From: an uncultured Alphaproteobacteria bacterium
GTDB taxonomy: Bacteria; Pseudomonadota; Alphaproteobacteria; Rs-D84
Length of the DNA stretch: 64,000 nucleotides
Assembly (NCBI GenBank): GCA_944389345.1
Contig: CALXMA010000002.1
Span: forward strand, 75,406-139,405
Direction of reading: 5' to 3'
Made by a program: the position numbers and the translations under genes. Shown here in pieces: positions 35,276-46,600 of the stretch; the stretch's first letter is position 1; every line of letters begins with the position of its first letter. The notes under the pieces are model-generated. The model had not been told where the DNA came from, searched no databases, and was given only the letters and a program-made list of their open reading frames with translations.

Positions 35276-37987
35276 TTAAAAGCGCGCCTTTATTCGAATG
35301 TTTCCAAAATAATTCGTATACTTATCACGCAATTCTGTGCCAATGCCAATCCCCAGATTCGCATACGCGCCGATATCTATGTTCAATTCCAGTTCTGAAT
35401 GCATCGCAAGTTTCGGCAACGCATCGCCATATATGTTATACCGCAACCCGTGTAATTCAACGTGCGCATTATCCGCCGTTGTTCGCACATCATACGACGC
35501 ACCAACATTTAACACCGGGGTTATGTTCACACCCAATATATTCATATTGTTCCGCGATATTTCCAGGTCTGCATACGGCGTTAAAAAGTACAAGTTGTTT
35601 GATGCAACCTTTTGATTCACCGTATCAGAATATCCCCGGCGGTGGATTATCATATATCGCGCACCCGCACGTGGTGTCAATGCCCAGCCCGCTGATTCAA
35701 ACCGATATCCCGCGTCCAACCATGCGCCATACGTATAAAACGGAATATCTGCATTTATCGCGATTCTGGTGACATCTTTGGTTTCTGACATATCCGTATA
35801 GAACCCGGCCATATTTGCGCGCATTATCCAATTATTTGGCGCATAGTGCGCGTATACCCCGCCCCCATGCGTCGGTGCATGCAATGTTCGGGCCCAAGAT
35901 TTCAGTCTGTGATACTGGTACGTATACATTCCGCCAAAATCCCAATCGCCAACGCTGTATTCTGCGCCAAACGTTCCGCCAAATGCATACATATCTGTAT
36001 CGGGCGATATGGCTGTTTCGTCTATATTACCACCGCCACCATTGCCAGATACCCATACGCGCCACCCATTGCGACGCGTTGGTGCGCTTGGTACGCTGGT
36101 CGATAAATTCCGAATATTCGACGCGCCTATCATTTGCAATGCGGGCACACCGGTTGGTGCCAACGCCGTCAATGCACGCACGTATCCGGCGCCACTGGTT
36201 TGCATCAATGCGTCCATACGCGTGAATATTATGCGCGCGATGGCATTGCCCAACGTCGGCGATTTTTGCCACACTGATGCCGTGTTATAATTGTTCTGGT
36301 TGCCACCGAAATCGGCAATTATATCTATGTCTGTGGATGGTGATTGACGTACGATTTCATACCACCCGTTGCCCAATTGCACAAAGTCATAAACATTATT
36401 ATTTATCGTCGGGAAAAACATATCTGAAATATCTGAATCAGAACGCAATATTTGCACACGCAAAGAATCCTTATCACTCATCGCGTCCGGGGATAACACA
36501 ACCGTCATATTTGCGCCGTCGGCAATCGTAAATGCGTTCGCGGTAATTGTACCGTATGTGTCCGCGTTCTGGATATTCAATGCCAACGTCGCCCCAGAAT
36601 CAAATGAAACCGTCTTGGCAGAAACAGACGCAGTCCCAACATCCAACGTGCCGCCAGATACGTGTAAATCATTCGCGTCAAAAAACTTTCCATTTGCACC
36701 AATTTGAACCGTGCCATTATGAATTTCTATGTCGCCATTAAACGCACCCATGTCCGCATTTAACATAACACGCCCGCCTGTTGGAACAGGCTGATTATTA
36801 TACGCATAGGGACGGTTTATTATAATTTGTCCCGTGCCAGATATTGCGTCATTAAAGACAACCGAACGGCCCGTGTTTGCGTTTATATTCATAACGTCCG
36901 TCGAATGCACCGCATTCGATATGCCACCAACCGTATTGCCAGAAAAATTAATGTCTGCGTTGTTCGCAATCAAATATAACTGGGCTAGATTAAAAATCGC
37001 ACCACCGTTTTCTGTTGCTGAATTGTTTTCAAAATTAGAATCTATGATATATATATCATCCCAATTATAAACCGCGCCACCGTATTCAGCGGTATTATCA
37101 TTAAAAGACGAATTTGTTATCGTCGCGTATAATGTATCCCCTATGATACCATAATTACCCAGTGCGCCACCTGTGGGGCCACTGTTGCCGGTAAAGGTGG
37201 CATTCGTTATGCGCATATCACCCGTGGTATAAATCGCGCCCGCGCTGTCGGTGCTGGTATTATTTATAAATCGGACATTGTCCAAGTTCATCGTATTAGA
37301 ATTGTACAATGTCGCGCCACCACCAGATGCGCTGTTGCCCGTAAATATGCCGTTCGTTATGTTCAACGTGCCATCATTGAACGCAACACCACCATAACCG
37401 TTCTGCGCCGAATTATTCTGAAAAATTACATTGTTCATCGTTGCGGTTGTTTCGTATTCGTTATAAATCACCCCGCCATCGCCACGCGTTGCGCGATTGT
37501 TCGCAAATACAGAATTATTGATGGTCGTTGTTCCAGAATTGTTCTGATATAAAACACCGCCACCATACGATGACGAATTATTTTCAAATGCAGAATTTTC
37601 TATAATCACATTACCGCCCAGATTCGCAACAACTGCGCCTTGGGGTGTTTGAACAAAATTATTGTACGATTTTGTTATCGTCGCATTCGTGCCAGATACC
37701 GAAAACGCGCCCGCATTCGTCAAAGAAAAATCGTATCCGCGCGATACAGTAAAACCAGAAAATCCGCCACCATTAAATCCAAAATCACCCCCATCGATGT
37801 TTGTTGTCTGGGCGCCTGGGACACTAAGTAATCTGGTTGATGTGATATCTGATGTGATTGTTATATTGTTTTGGGTCGTCGCCGTTTTGTATAAATTGTA
37901 AAATGCGCCGAAATCCGCAACATCGGCGGCCATGGCCGGCGCATTCAGGCATACGGCAATTGTCATAAATGTAATTTTTTTGTGCAT
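35276..37987 (-). CDS. Autotransporter with polymorphic-membrane-protein (Pmp, GGA[ILV]/FxxN) repeats
   Basis: Signal peptide MHKKITFMTIAVCLNAPAMA. Many repeats (FENNSSSYGGGVLYQ, FANNRATRGDGGVIYN, FTGNSGPTGGALGN, FENNSATENGGAIFN). C-terminal ~270-aa beta-barrel ending ...GNIRIKARF. Confidence 0.85.
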   Translation of the reverse strand: MHKKITFMTIAVCLNAPAMAADVADFGAFYNLYKTATTQNNITITSDITSTRLLSVPGAQTTNIDGGDFGFNGGGFSGFTVSRGYDFSLTNAGAFSVSGTNATITKSYNNFVQTPQGAVVANLGGNVIIENSAFENNSSSYGGGVLYQNNSGTTTINNSVFANNRATRGDGGVIYNEYETTATMNNVIFQNNSAQNGYGGVAFNDGTLNITNGIFTGNSASGGGATLYNSNTMNLDNVRFINNTSTDSAGAIYTTGDMRITNATFTGNSGPTGGALGNYGIIGDTLYATITNSSFNDNTAEYGGAVYNWDDIYIIDSNFENNSATENGGAIFNLAQLYLIANNADINFSGNTVGGISNAVHSTDVMNINANTGRSVVFNDAISGTGQIIINRPYAYNNQPVPTGGRVMLNADMGAFNGDIEIHNGTVQIGANGKFFDANDLHVSGGTLDVGTASVSAKTVSFDSGATLALNIQNADTYGTITANAFTIADGANMTVVLSPDAMSDKDSLRVQILRSDSDISDMFFPTINNNVYDFVQLGNGWYEIVRQSPSTDIDIIADFGGNQNNYNTASVWQKSPTLGNAIARIIFTRMDALMQTSGAGYVRALTALAPTGVPALQMIGASNIRNLSTSVPSAPTRRNGWRVWVSGNGGGGNIDETAISPDTDMYAFGGTFGAEYSVGDWDFGGMYTYQYHRLKSWARTLHAPTHGGGVYAHYAPNNWIMRANMAGFYTDMSETKDVTRIAINADIPFYTYGAWLDAGYRFESAGWALTPRAGARYMIIHRRGYSDTVNQKVASNNLYFLTPYADLEISRNNMNILGVNITPVLNVGASYDVRTTADNAHVELHGLRYNIYGDALPKLAMHSELELNIDIGAYANLGIGIGTELRDKYTNYFGNIRIKARF

Positions 37988-38060
37988 GTTCATACCCCTG
38001 GTGTTTAACACAATACAGGGTCAACAAAAACGATGAACATATCAATACGTACGTATTCCC

Positions 38061-38087
38061 AATAAAAATCCCGCAACAAATGCGGGA
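38061..38087 (-). terminator. Intrinsic terminator immediately after plsX
   Basis: Minus strand reads TCCCGCATTTGTTGCGGGATTTTTATT. Confidence 0.8.
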
Positions 38088-38095
38088 CAATATAT

Positions 38096-39160
38096 TTATT
38101 CTTGATCGATTATTTCTTGGCGTATTTTGGCCACGGATTGCGCCCGCTGGGCAATGATGTCGTCCAGATTGGCACCTGTTAAATCCGCCGCATATTTAAT
38201 AGAATTCGCGAACGCCAATGCATCACTGTTTCCATGGGTTTTTACGGCAAAGCCCTTTAACCCCAAGAACGTCGCCCCCGCATAAGAACGCGGATCGATT
38301 TTATTCTTTAACCGCTTGAACACATGGACCAAGAAAAACGCGCCGATAATTGCCAATATGGATTTTTTCAAATTATCCACCAATACGCGTTTAATTAACT
38401 TTGCGGTACCTTCGACCGTTTTCAACACAATGTTTCCGGTAAATCCGTCGGTGACAACAACCTGGACATTACCACCGCCGATATCATTACCCTCAACAAA
38501 ACCGATGTATTCGTACGGCAATTCATCTTTGTGTTCGGTCAGAACCTTGTTCAATTTTTGCAGAACTTCATTTCCCTTGGTTTCTTCGGAACCTATGTTC
38601 AGAACACCAACCTTGGGCCGGGGCATGCGACCAATAACTTCGGCATAAACACTGCCCAAAATGGAAAAGTCAAACAAATCACGTTCACTGCATTGAACGT
38701 TTGCACCCAAATCCAGCACAACCACACGGGAATCACCACCCCCAGACGGCAACATTGTCGTTATCGCCGGACGCGATATACCGTCTATGGTTTTCAATGC
38801 CAATTTAGACAAAGACATTAAAATACCGGTATTACCAGCACTGACAACGGCGGCAGAATTTCCCTCGCGTACGTCCTTGATAGCCATGTACATAGACGTA
38901 TCTTGGGCGTGACGAATAACATCACGAACCTTGTCCGTGCCCTTGATAACCCCAGGTGCATCTATGACATCACAATTACGTGCAACACGCGGATATTTCG
39001 CCAACAGCGCGTTTAACCGACGCTGGTTCCCGAACAGACGGAAATGCACCAAATCTTCGCCGTTTTGGTACAAAAACTGATTCATACCACCCAACACGGC
39101 GTTTGGACCCTTGTCCCCGCCCATTGCATCAATTGCTATGATTTTCTTTTCTGTGGACAT
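38096..39160 (-). CDS. plsX: Phosphate acyltransferase PlsX
   Basis: 354 aa. IAIDAMGGDKGP N-terminus, ...NIGSEETKGNE..., ...GFTGNIVLKT... motifs. Confidence 0.92.
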   Translation of the reverse strand: MSTEKKIIAIDAMGGDKGPNAVLGGMNQFLYQNGEDLVHFRLFGNQRRLNALLAKYPRVARNCDVIDAPGVIKGTDKVRDVIRHAQDTSMYMAIKDVREGNSAAVVSAGNTGILMSLSKLALKTIDGISRPAITTMLPSGGGDSRVVVLDLGANVQCSERDLFDFSILGSVYAEVIGRMPRPKVGVLNIGSEETKGNEVLQKLNKVLTEHKDELPYEYIGFVEGNDIGGGNVQVVVTDGFTGNIVLKTVEGTAKLIKRVLVDNLKKSILAIIGAFFLVHVFKRLKNKIDPRSYAGATFLGLKGFAVKTHGNSDALAFANSIKYAADLTGANLDDIIAQRAQSVAKIRQEIIDQE

Positions 39161-39233
39161 GATACATTAAAAAAGCAGAATGGCACAACATTATAACCGT
39201 GCGCCAAATTCTGCCATTATTTCCCCGTGATTA

Positions 39234-39383
39234 TTATTTCGCACCACACGCCGGACATACATGGTGTGGACGTTTCTTTTCACCACAAACCTTGCACACT
39301 GTGCATGGCATCACGGACAGCGCGTCATGAGAACGACGTTGTGCCGAACGTGCTTTACTTGTTTTACTTTTTGGCGTTGCCAT
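39234..39383 (-). CDS. rpmF: 50S ribosomal protein L32
   Basis: MATPKSKTSKARSAQRRSH... with zinc-ribbon CTVC...CPAC. The longer ORF start at 39440 is rejected. Confidence 0.85.
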   Translation of the reverse strand: MATPKSKTSKARSAQRRSHDALSVMPCTVCKVCGEKKRPHHVCPACGAK

Positions 39384-39505
39384 TTTATTATCCTTTTTAT
39401 TTACAGTCTGGTATTTTATTAAAATCTGGGACGTTTGCAAGCAAAACTTTCAGATTTCCCAACCCGCCCATAATAACATTCGTATCACAGGCGGGCAGAA
39501 TTAAA

Positions 39506-42500
39506 TCAGAAATCCAACATCTGTTGTTTTTCGTTGCCTTCACGTGCCAGTTTTTCGGCCCGTTCTTCTTCGCGGGCAATTTCACGAACACGACGTACGT
39601 ATGCACCCGTACCAACCGGTATCAAACGACCAACAATCAAGTTTTCATTGATACCAACCAATTTATCGGTTGCACCACTGATGGCGGCATCAACCAAGAC
39701 CTTGGTCGTCTGTTGGAACGACGCATTGGATATGAACGAACGCGATGTTAATGACGCACGCGTCAATCCAACCAGAACCTGGGATGCTTCGGCCGGTTTA
39801 CCACCGTCGTGGATAACACGCGCGTTTTCTTCTTCGAAATCAACACGGTCGATAACCTGGCCCATCAAGAAGCCTGTATCGCCCGGATTTGTAATTTCAA
39901 CACGACGTGTCATTTCACGTATCAGAATTTCAATGTGTTTATCGTTGATGGACACACCCTGCAAACGATAAACTTGCTGAATCTGCTCTACCATAAATGT
40001 GGCCAAGGCTTTCTGGCCCAAGATACGCAAAATATCCTGGGGCACGGGATCACCGTCAACCAATTTATCGGCCTTTTTCACGATATCGCCACTGCGCACC
40101 AACAGGTTTGTACCCTTGGGCACCGCGTATTCAACCGGGGCCGTGCCATCGTCTGGGACGATGCGAATAATAATCTTGGATTTCGCGTCTTCCAGTTCGA
40201 TTGTCCCATCGATTTCCGCCAATAATGCCGGGTTGGATGGACGACGAACTTCCAGTAATTCATTAACACGTGGCAGACCACCGGTAATATCGCCCGTACG
40301 TTTGGTTTGCACCGGAATACGCGCCAAAATATCACCCGCAGATACCGTCGCACCGTTCGACACATTCAGCACCGAATACACAGGCAACAGGTATTCCGCA
40401 ATCTTTTTCCCGCCCAACGATATGATATTGCCAGATTCATCCACCAATGTAATCGCCGGATTCAGGGCCTTTTTAGTGTTGGTTTTCCAGTTAATAACCT
40501 TGCGCGATGTAATACCAGTTGTGGAATCAACTTCTTCTTGGTACGACACGTTTTCAACCAAGTCTTGGAATTGTACAATACCATCCTTTTCGGCAATGAT
40601 GGTATTGGAATACGGATCCCATTCCGCGACCTTGGCGCCCTTGTCCACCGTATCACCGTCGTTAACAATCAACATAGACGCGTACGGTAATTTCGTGTTG
40701 AACAACGTTTCACCCTTGGCATCAACAACGGACAATTCGCCATTGCGCGACAGAACCACAACACGGCCCGCAGAATTTTTAATGGTATTCACACTGGACA
40801 ATTTAATGGTACCGGCGACAGGCACTTCGATGAAATGGCTTTCGGCACCGCCAGACGCAACACCACCAATGTGGAACGTACGCAACGTTAACTGGGTACC
40901 AGGTTCACCAATAGACTGGCCCGCGATAACACCGACCGCTTCGCCAACGTGTACCAATGCCTGGCGCGACAAATCCATACCATAGCATTTTGCACACAAA
41001 CCATCACTGTGGCATGTCAAAACACTGCGCACGTCGACAGATGGCAGACCAGATTCATTAATCTTGCGCGCGGCAACCTTGGTCACCAATTCACCAGCCG
41101 GAACGATTACTTCCTTGGTAATTGGGTGCACAATATCGTGCGCGGCGGTACGCCCCAAAACAACATCACCCAATGGTACGGACAATGTACTGCCCTGGTA
41201 CACAGGCTTTGCCGTGATGTATTCGGTTGTACCACAATCGTGTTCGGTAATAACCGTGTTTTGCGCCAATTCAACCAAACGACGTGTCAGATAACCCGCG
41301 TCTGCGGTCTTTAACGCCGTGTCGGACATACCTTTGCGCGCACCGTGGGTGGACGTAAAGTATTCCGCCATGGTCAAACCTTCCTTAAAGTTCGAAATAA
41401 TTGGAACTTCGATAATCGAACCGTCGGGCTTCTGCATCATACCACGCATACCTGCAACCTGTTGAATCTGGCGCTTGGAACCACGGGCCCCGGATTTCGC
41501 CATCATCCATACAGAATTCCAATTGTCGCCAGATGTTTTTTCCAGCGCAGTATACGCCAAATCACCAATTTTGTCGGTCGTGTTCTGCCACAAGTCAATC
41601 AGTTTATTGTGCTTTTCACCACCAGACAGCAAACCGTTTTGATATTGCTGTTCAATTTCTTCGGCAGATTTTTCGGTTTCTTCGATGATTTCTTTCTTTT
41701 CATCTGGAATAACGATGTCGTCATAACCAATGGAAATACCACTGCGTGCGGCCTGTTCGAAACCAGTATCTTTTAACGCGTCGGCCAACAAGATTGTCGC
41801 CTTGTCGCCACAGCGTTCGTATGTTGTTGCCAACAACGCCTTGATTTCGCCAACCGGCATAACCTTGTTCACCAAATCAAACGGCATATTTTCAGATTTC
41901 GGCAACAGTTCGCCCAAAATCATACGACCGGCGGTTGTTTTGTAAATCTTGCCATTAATACGCGCAACGATTGGCGTGTGCAAAGTAATGGAATGGTTTT
42001 CCAATGCCATTTTTACTTCGTCCATATTGGCAAAGCACGGTGATTTGTCCGTGTGTTCGCCGTTAATCAACGAAATATAGTACACACCCAACACCATGTC
42101 TTGGGACGGAACAATCATTGGTTCGCCATTCGCCGGCGACAGAATATTATTAGACGACAGCATTAATGTGCGGGCCTCTAATTGCGCCTCTAACGAAATT
42201 GGAACGTGCACGGCCATCTGGTCGCCGTCAAAGTCCGCATTGAATCCCTTGCAGACCAACGGGTGCAGACGTATCGCCTTGCCTTCGATTAATACCGGTT
42301 CGAACGCCAACATTGACAGACGGTGCAAAGACGGCTGGCGGTTCAGCAGAACCGGATGCTGGTGAATGACATCTTCCAGAATTTCCCATACAACGTCTTC
42401 GCCGTTTTCAACCATTTTACGTGCGGCCTTTAATGTGTTGGCATAATCACCCGCCAACAGGCGCGAATACACGAACGGTTTGAACAATTCCAGTGCCATC

Positions 42501-43615
42501 GTTTTCGGTAAACCAACCTGGTGCAGTTTCAATGACGGCCCAGACACAATAACCGAACGGCCGGAATAATCCACACGTTTACCCAACATGTTCATACGGA
42601 AACGACCAGATTTACCGCGCAATGAATCAGACAACGATTTCAGCGGACGACGATTCTGGGACACCATTGGACGTGCCTTGTGCCCGTTATCAAACAGAGA
42701 ATCTACGGCCTCTTGCAACATACGCTTTTCATTGCGGACAATGATTTCTGGCGCATGCATATCAATAAATCTTTTCAGACGGTTGTTACGAATAATAACA
42801 CGACGATACAAATCGTTCAGGTCAGATGCCGCAACATGCCCCGCGTCCAATGTTACCAACGGACGCATATCTGGTGGAATAACCGGAATAATATCAGGCA
42901 ACATCCACGCAGGTTCCGTTTTGGAATCCAAGAACGCTTCGACCAGTTTTAATTGCTTAATCAAACCTTTGCGCTTGGCATCAGATTTAGTATCCGCCAA
43001 TTCCGCGCGCAAACGTGTACGTTCGTCGCCCATATCCAGATTTGCGATAATACTGCGGACACCTTCGGCACCGATACCGACATGGAATGCGTCTGCGCCA
43101 TATTTTTCAACAGCCTGTTGATAGTCATCTTCGCTGATAACATCATACTGTTTCAAATCCGTCAAGCCCGGTTCAATAACAATATATGCATCGTATGAAA
43201 TAACCTGTTCCAGTTTTTTCTGGGGCAGATTGTTCAACAATGTCGCAATTTTACCTTCGCGCAGGAACCACGTATGTGCCACCGGCATAGCCAATTTAAT
43301 ATGCCCCATGCGTTCACGACGAACCGTAGAAGATCCAACTTCTACGCCACAACGTTCGCAAACAACACCGCGGAATTTAATTCTTTTATATTTTCCGCAT
43401 GCACATTCATAATCTTTGACAGGGCCAAAAATCTGCTGGCAGAACAGTCCCTCGGGCTCGGGTTTCAGCGAGTGATAATTTATCGTTTCTGGCTTTTTCA
43501 CTTCGCCATGCGACCAAGACAAAATTTCTTCTGGCGATGCGATAGTGATGCGCAGTGCATCAAACTGTTCTTTTGTTTCAATTTGTCCAAATATCTTTTG
43601 CAACATATTGGTCAT
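39506..43615 (-). CDS. rpoC: DNA-directed RNA polymerase subunit beta'
   Basis: 1369 aa, with NADFDGDQMAVH catalytic motif and other universal beta' blocks. Confidence 0.98.
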   Translation of the reverse strand: MTNMLQKIFGQIETKEQFDALRITIASPEEILSWSHGEVKKPETINYHSLKPEPEGLFCQQIFGPVKDYECACGKYKRIKFRGVVCERCGVEVGSSTVRRERMGHIKLAMPVAHTWFLREGKIATLLNNLPQKKLEQVISYDAYIVIEPGLTDLKQYDVISEDDYQQAVEKYGADAFHVGIGAEGVRSIIANLDMGDERTRLRAELADTKSDAKRKGLIKQLKLVEAFLDSKTEPAWMLPDIIPVIPPDMRPLVTLDAGHVAASDLNDLYRRVIIRNNRLKRFIDMHAPEIIVRNEKRMLQEAVDSLFDNGHKARPMVSQNRRPLKSLSDSLRGKSGRFRMNMLGKRVDYSGRSVIVSGPSLKLHQVGLPKTMALELFKPFVYSRLLAGDYANTLKAARKMVENGEDVVWEILEDVIHQHPVLLNRQPSLHRLSMLAFEPVLIEGKAIRLHPLVCKGFNADFDGDQMAVHVPISLEAQLEARTLMLSSNNILSPANGEPMIVPSQDMVLGVYYISLINGEHTDKSPCFANMDEVKMALENHSITLHTPIVARINGKIYKTTAGRMILGELLPKSENMPFDLVNKVMPVGEIKALLATTYERCGDKATILLADALKDTGFEQAARSGISIGYDDIVIPDEKKEIIEETEKSAEEIEQQYQNGLLSGGEKHNKLIDLWQNTTDKIGDLAYTALEKTSGDNWNSVWMMAKSGARGSKRQIQQVAGMRGMMQKPDGSIIEVPIISNFKEGLTMAEYFTSTHGARKGMSDTALKTADAGYLTRRLVELAQNTVITEHDCGTTEYITAKPVYQGSTLSVPLGDVVLGRTAAHDIVHPITKEVIVPAGELVTKVAARKINESGLPSVDVRSVLTCHSDGLCAKCYGMDLSRQALVHVGEAVGVIAGQSIGEPGTQLTLRTFHIGGVASGGAESHFIEVPVAGTIKLSSVNTIKNSAGRVVVLSRNGELSVVDAKGETLFNTKLPYASMLIVNDGDTVDKGAKVAEWDPYSNTIIAEKDGIVQFQDLVENVSYQEEVDSTTGITSRKVINWKTNTKKALNPAITLVDESGNIISLGGKKIAEYLLPVYSVLNVSNGATVSAGDILARIPVQTKRTGDITGGLPRVNELLEVRRPSNPALLAEIDGTIELEDAKSKIIIRIVPDDGTAPVEYAVPKGTNLLVRSGDIVKKADKLVDGDPVPQDILRILGQKALATFMVEQIQQVYRLQGVSINDKHIEILIREMTRRVEITNPGDTGFLMGQVIDRVDFEEENARVIHDGGKPAEASQVLVGLTRASLTSRSFISNASFQQTTKVLVDAAISGATDKLVGINENLIVGRLIPVGTGAYVRRVREIAREEERAEKLAREGNEKQQMLDF

Positions 43616-43685
43616 TATATTTTGCTCCTTTCAGTCGCTGAGAATTGTTGTGCGACCGACGTGATTTACGCCGGTCGGACCAACA

Positions 43686-46600
43686 TTAGTCTATTTTCTT
43701 GGGTGTTAACGCCAATCCCAAACCGCGCAGTTCACGGACGAACACGTTGAACGCTTCGGGTGTGCCGGTCTGGAAATCATTACTGCCGGATATAATCGCT
43801 TCGTACATTTTGGTACGACCGATAATATCGTCAGATTTGACCGTTAACATTTCACGCAACAGGTGGGCGGCACCGTGTGCTTCTAATGCCCAAACCTCCA
43901 TTTCGCCCAAACGCTGGCCACCCATGTGGGCCTTGCCCGACAGAGGCTGTTGCGTTACCAATGAATAGTTGCCAATTGAACGTGCGTGAATCTTCTCATC
44001 AACCAAGTGATGCAGTTTCAGCATGTACATGACACCAACCGTTACCGGACGTGCAAATTTTTCACCCGTCATACCGTCGTACAATGTAAACTGGCCAGAT
44101 TCTGGTAATTTAGCCATTTTCAACATACGACGAATGTCGTCAGATGTCGCACCGTCAAATGTCGGGGTCGCCATCGGAACACCATCACGCAACAGTGTCG
44201 CTTCGGCGCGGACATCGGTATCGGTCATCTTGTCCAATTTTTCCGCCGTTTCTTTGCCATAGATTTTGCCCATAATTGTGCGCAAATCATCGGTTACGGC
44301 GCGTTTTTGTTTAACTTCTTCCAGGACGGCACCAATCTGTTGGCCCAATGTGCGGGCCGCCATCCCCAGGTGGGTTTCCAAAATCTGGCCCAGATTCATA
44401 CGCGACGGCACACCCAACGGATTCAGTACCAAATCGACCGGTGTTCCATCTTCCATGTACGGCATGTCTTCGATTGGAACAACCTTGGATACGATACCCT
44501 TGTTTCCGTGACGGCCGGCCATTTTGTCACCCGGTTGCAATTTCATCTTGTGTGCGATGTAAACCTTGACCTCTTTCAAGACGCCCGCACCCAAAGAATT
44601 GCTTTCCGTTGCCTTGGCGACTTCGGCATCGGCCTTGTCGTTCAAAGCCTTTAATTTCGCCACGTGCTGTTCACGCAATTCATCAATCTTGGCCTGGACT
44701 TCTTTGTCATGAACCACCAATTTCTTGACATCAGATGGGCGGATTCCTTCAAAGACCTCTTGCGTCAGTTTTTTACCGACAAACGGTTTCAAACTGCCCG
44801 TGCCACCATCAATGACCAAACCTTCGGCCATTTGGAAAATCTGGTCGGCAAAGCCACGTTCGATAATAGACGTTTCTTCTTCGCGATCTTTGTTAATCTG
44901 TTCTATTTTCTGCAATTCAATCATCTGGGTACGTTCGTCTTTCTTTACCCCATGACGGGTCAAGACGTTAACCCCGATAACAGTACCTTCTTCGTTCGGG
45001 CCCACGCGCAGAGATGTATCCTTGACGTTCAAAGCCTTTTCCCCAAAGATGTTGCGCAATAATGCCTCTTCTGGGGTCAGCAATGTTTCAGATTTTGGTG
45101 ATACACGACCAACCAAAATATCACCCTGTTTCACGCGCGCACCAACATAGATAATACCGGATTCGTCCAGATTTTTCAGTGCTTCTTCGCTGACGTTCGG
45201 GATATCACGGGTCAGACTTTCCGGTCCCAACTGGGTATCACGAACCTTGAATTCTTTTTCAACGATTTTCACAGACGTAAACACGTCATCACGCGAAATA
45301 CGTTCGGAAATAACAATGGAATCTTCGTAGTTATATCCACGCCATGGCACAAACGCAACCAATACATTGCGTCCCAATGCCAGTTCGCCATAATTCATAG
45401 AAGACCCGTCCGCAATGATGTCGCCCGCAGAAATACGGTCGCCAACCTTGACCAACGGTTTCTGGTGAATCAAAGTTTCACTGTTACTGCGTTCGAATTT
45501 TTCCAGGTTGTAAATATCCACACCCGTCACAACGTTGCGACTGTTCATACATTTCACAACGATACGGTTTGCGTCCGCAGATTCAACAACACCACTGTGT
45601 TTTGCAACAACACCCGTGCGGGAATCACGTGCAACCTCGCGTTCAATGCCGGTACCAACCAACGGCGCCTGGACACGCAGTAATGGAATCGCCTGGCGTT
45701 GCATGTTAGATCCCATCAACGCACGGTTCGCGTCGTCGTTTTCAACGAACGGTATCAACCCGGTCGCAATGGACACCACCTGGCGCGGTTCAACGTCAAT
45801 CAGGTCAACTTCTTCCTTGGGCACCATGGTAAATTCGCCGTCAACGCGCGCCGTTACCATATCTTCGGCCAAAACACCACTGGCCGTTGTTGGGGTATTA
45901 CCCTGGGCAATTTTATGACCCAATTCTTCGTCCGCCGTCAAGTATACCATTTTATCGGTAATCTTGCTGTTTTCGACAACATAGTACGGTGTTTCAATAA
46001 AGCCATACGGATTCACACGCGCATAGGTCGCCAAATGGTTAATCAGACCAATATTGGCACCTTCGGGTGTGTTAATCGGGCACAAACGACCATAGTGTGT
46101 TGGATGAACGTCGCGGACGTCAATACCCGCACGATCACGGTTCAAACCACCAGGTCCCAATGCAGATATACGACGTTTGTGTTCCAATTCAGACAATGGA
46201 TTATACGCATCCATAAACTGAGACAACTGGGACGTGCCCAAAAATTCAGACACCAATGACATTAATGGTTTTACATTGATAACGTCTTGGGGTTGCATGG
46301 TTGCGATGCTGGGCGAAGACAGACTTTCGCGGACCAGGCGTTCGATGCGAACCATACCAGTGCGGAAATTCTGTTCCAGCAATTCGCCAACCGTACGAAC
46401 ACGACGATTAGACAAGTTATCAATATCATCAACATTGTCTTTGTGATCAATGATGTTTGTTAATGTCTTTAACACCGCCAAGAAATCGGATTTAGACAAC
46501 AAACGTTCATCTTCGGGCTTTTTACCAGAATCAATTTTCAAACGCTTGTTCATCTTGAAACGACCAACCGCAGACAAATCATAGTATGCGGGGTCAAATC

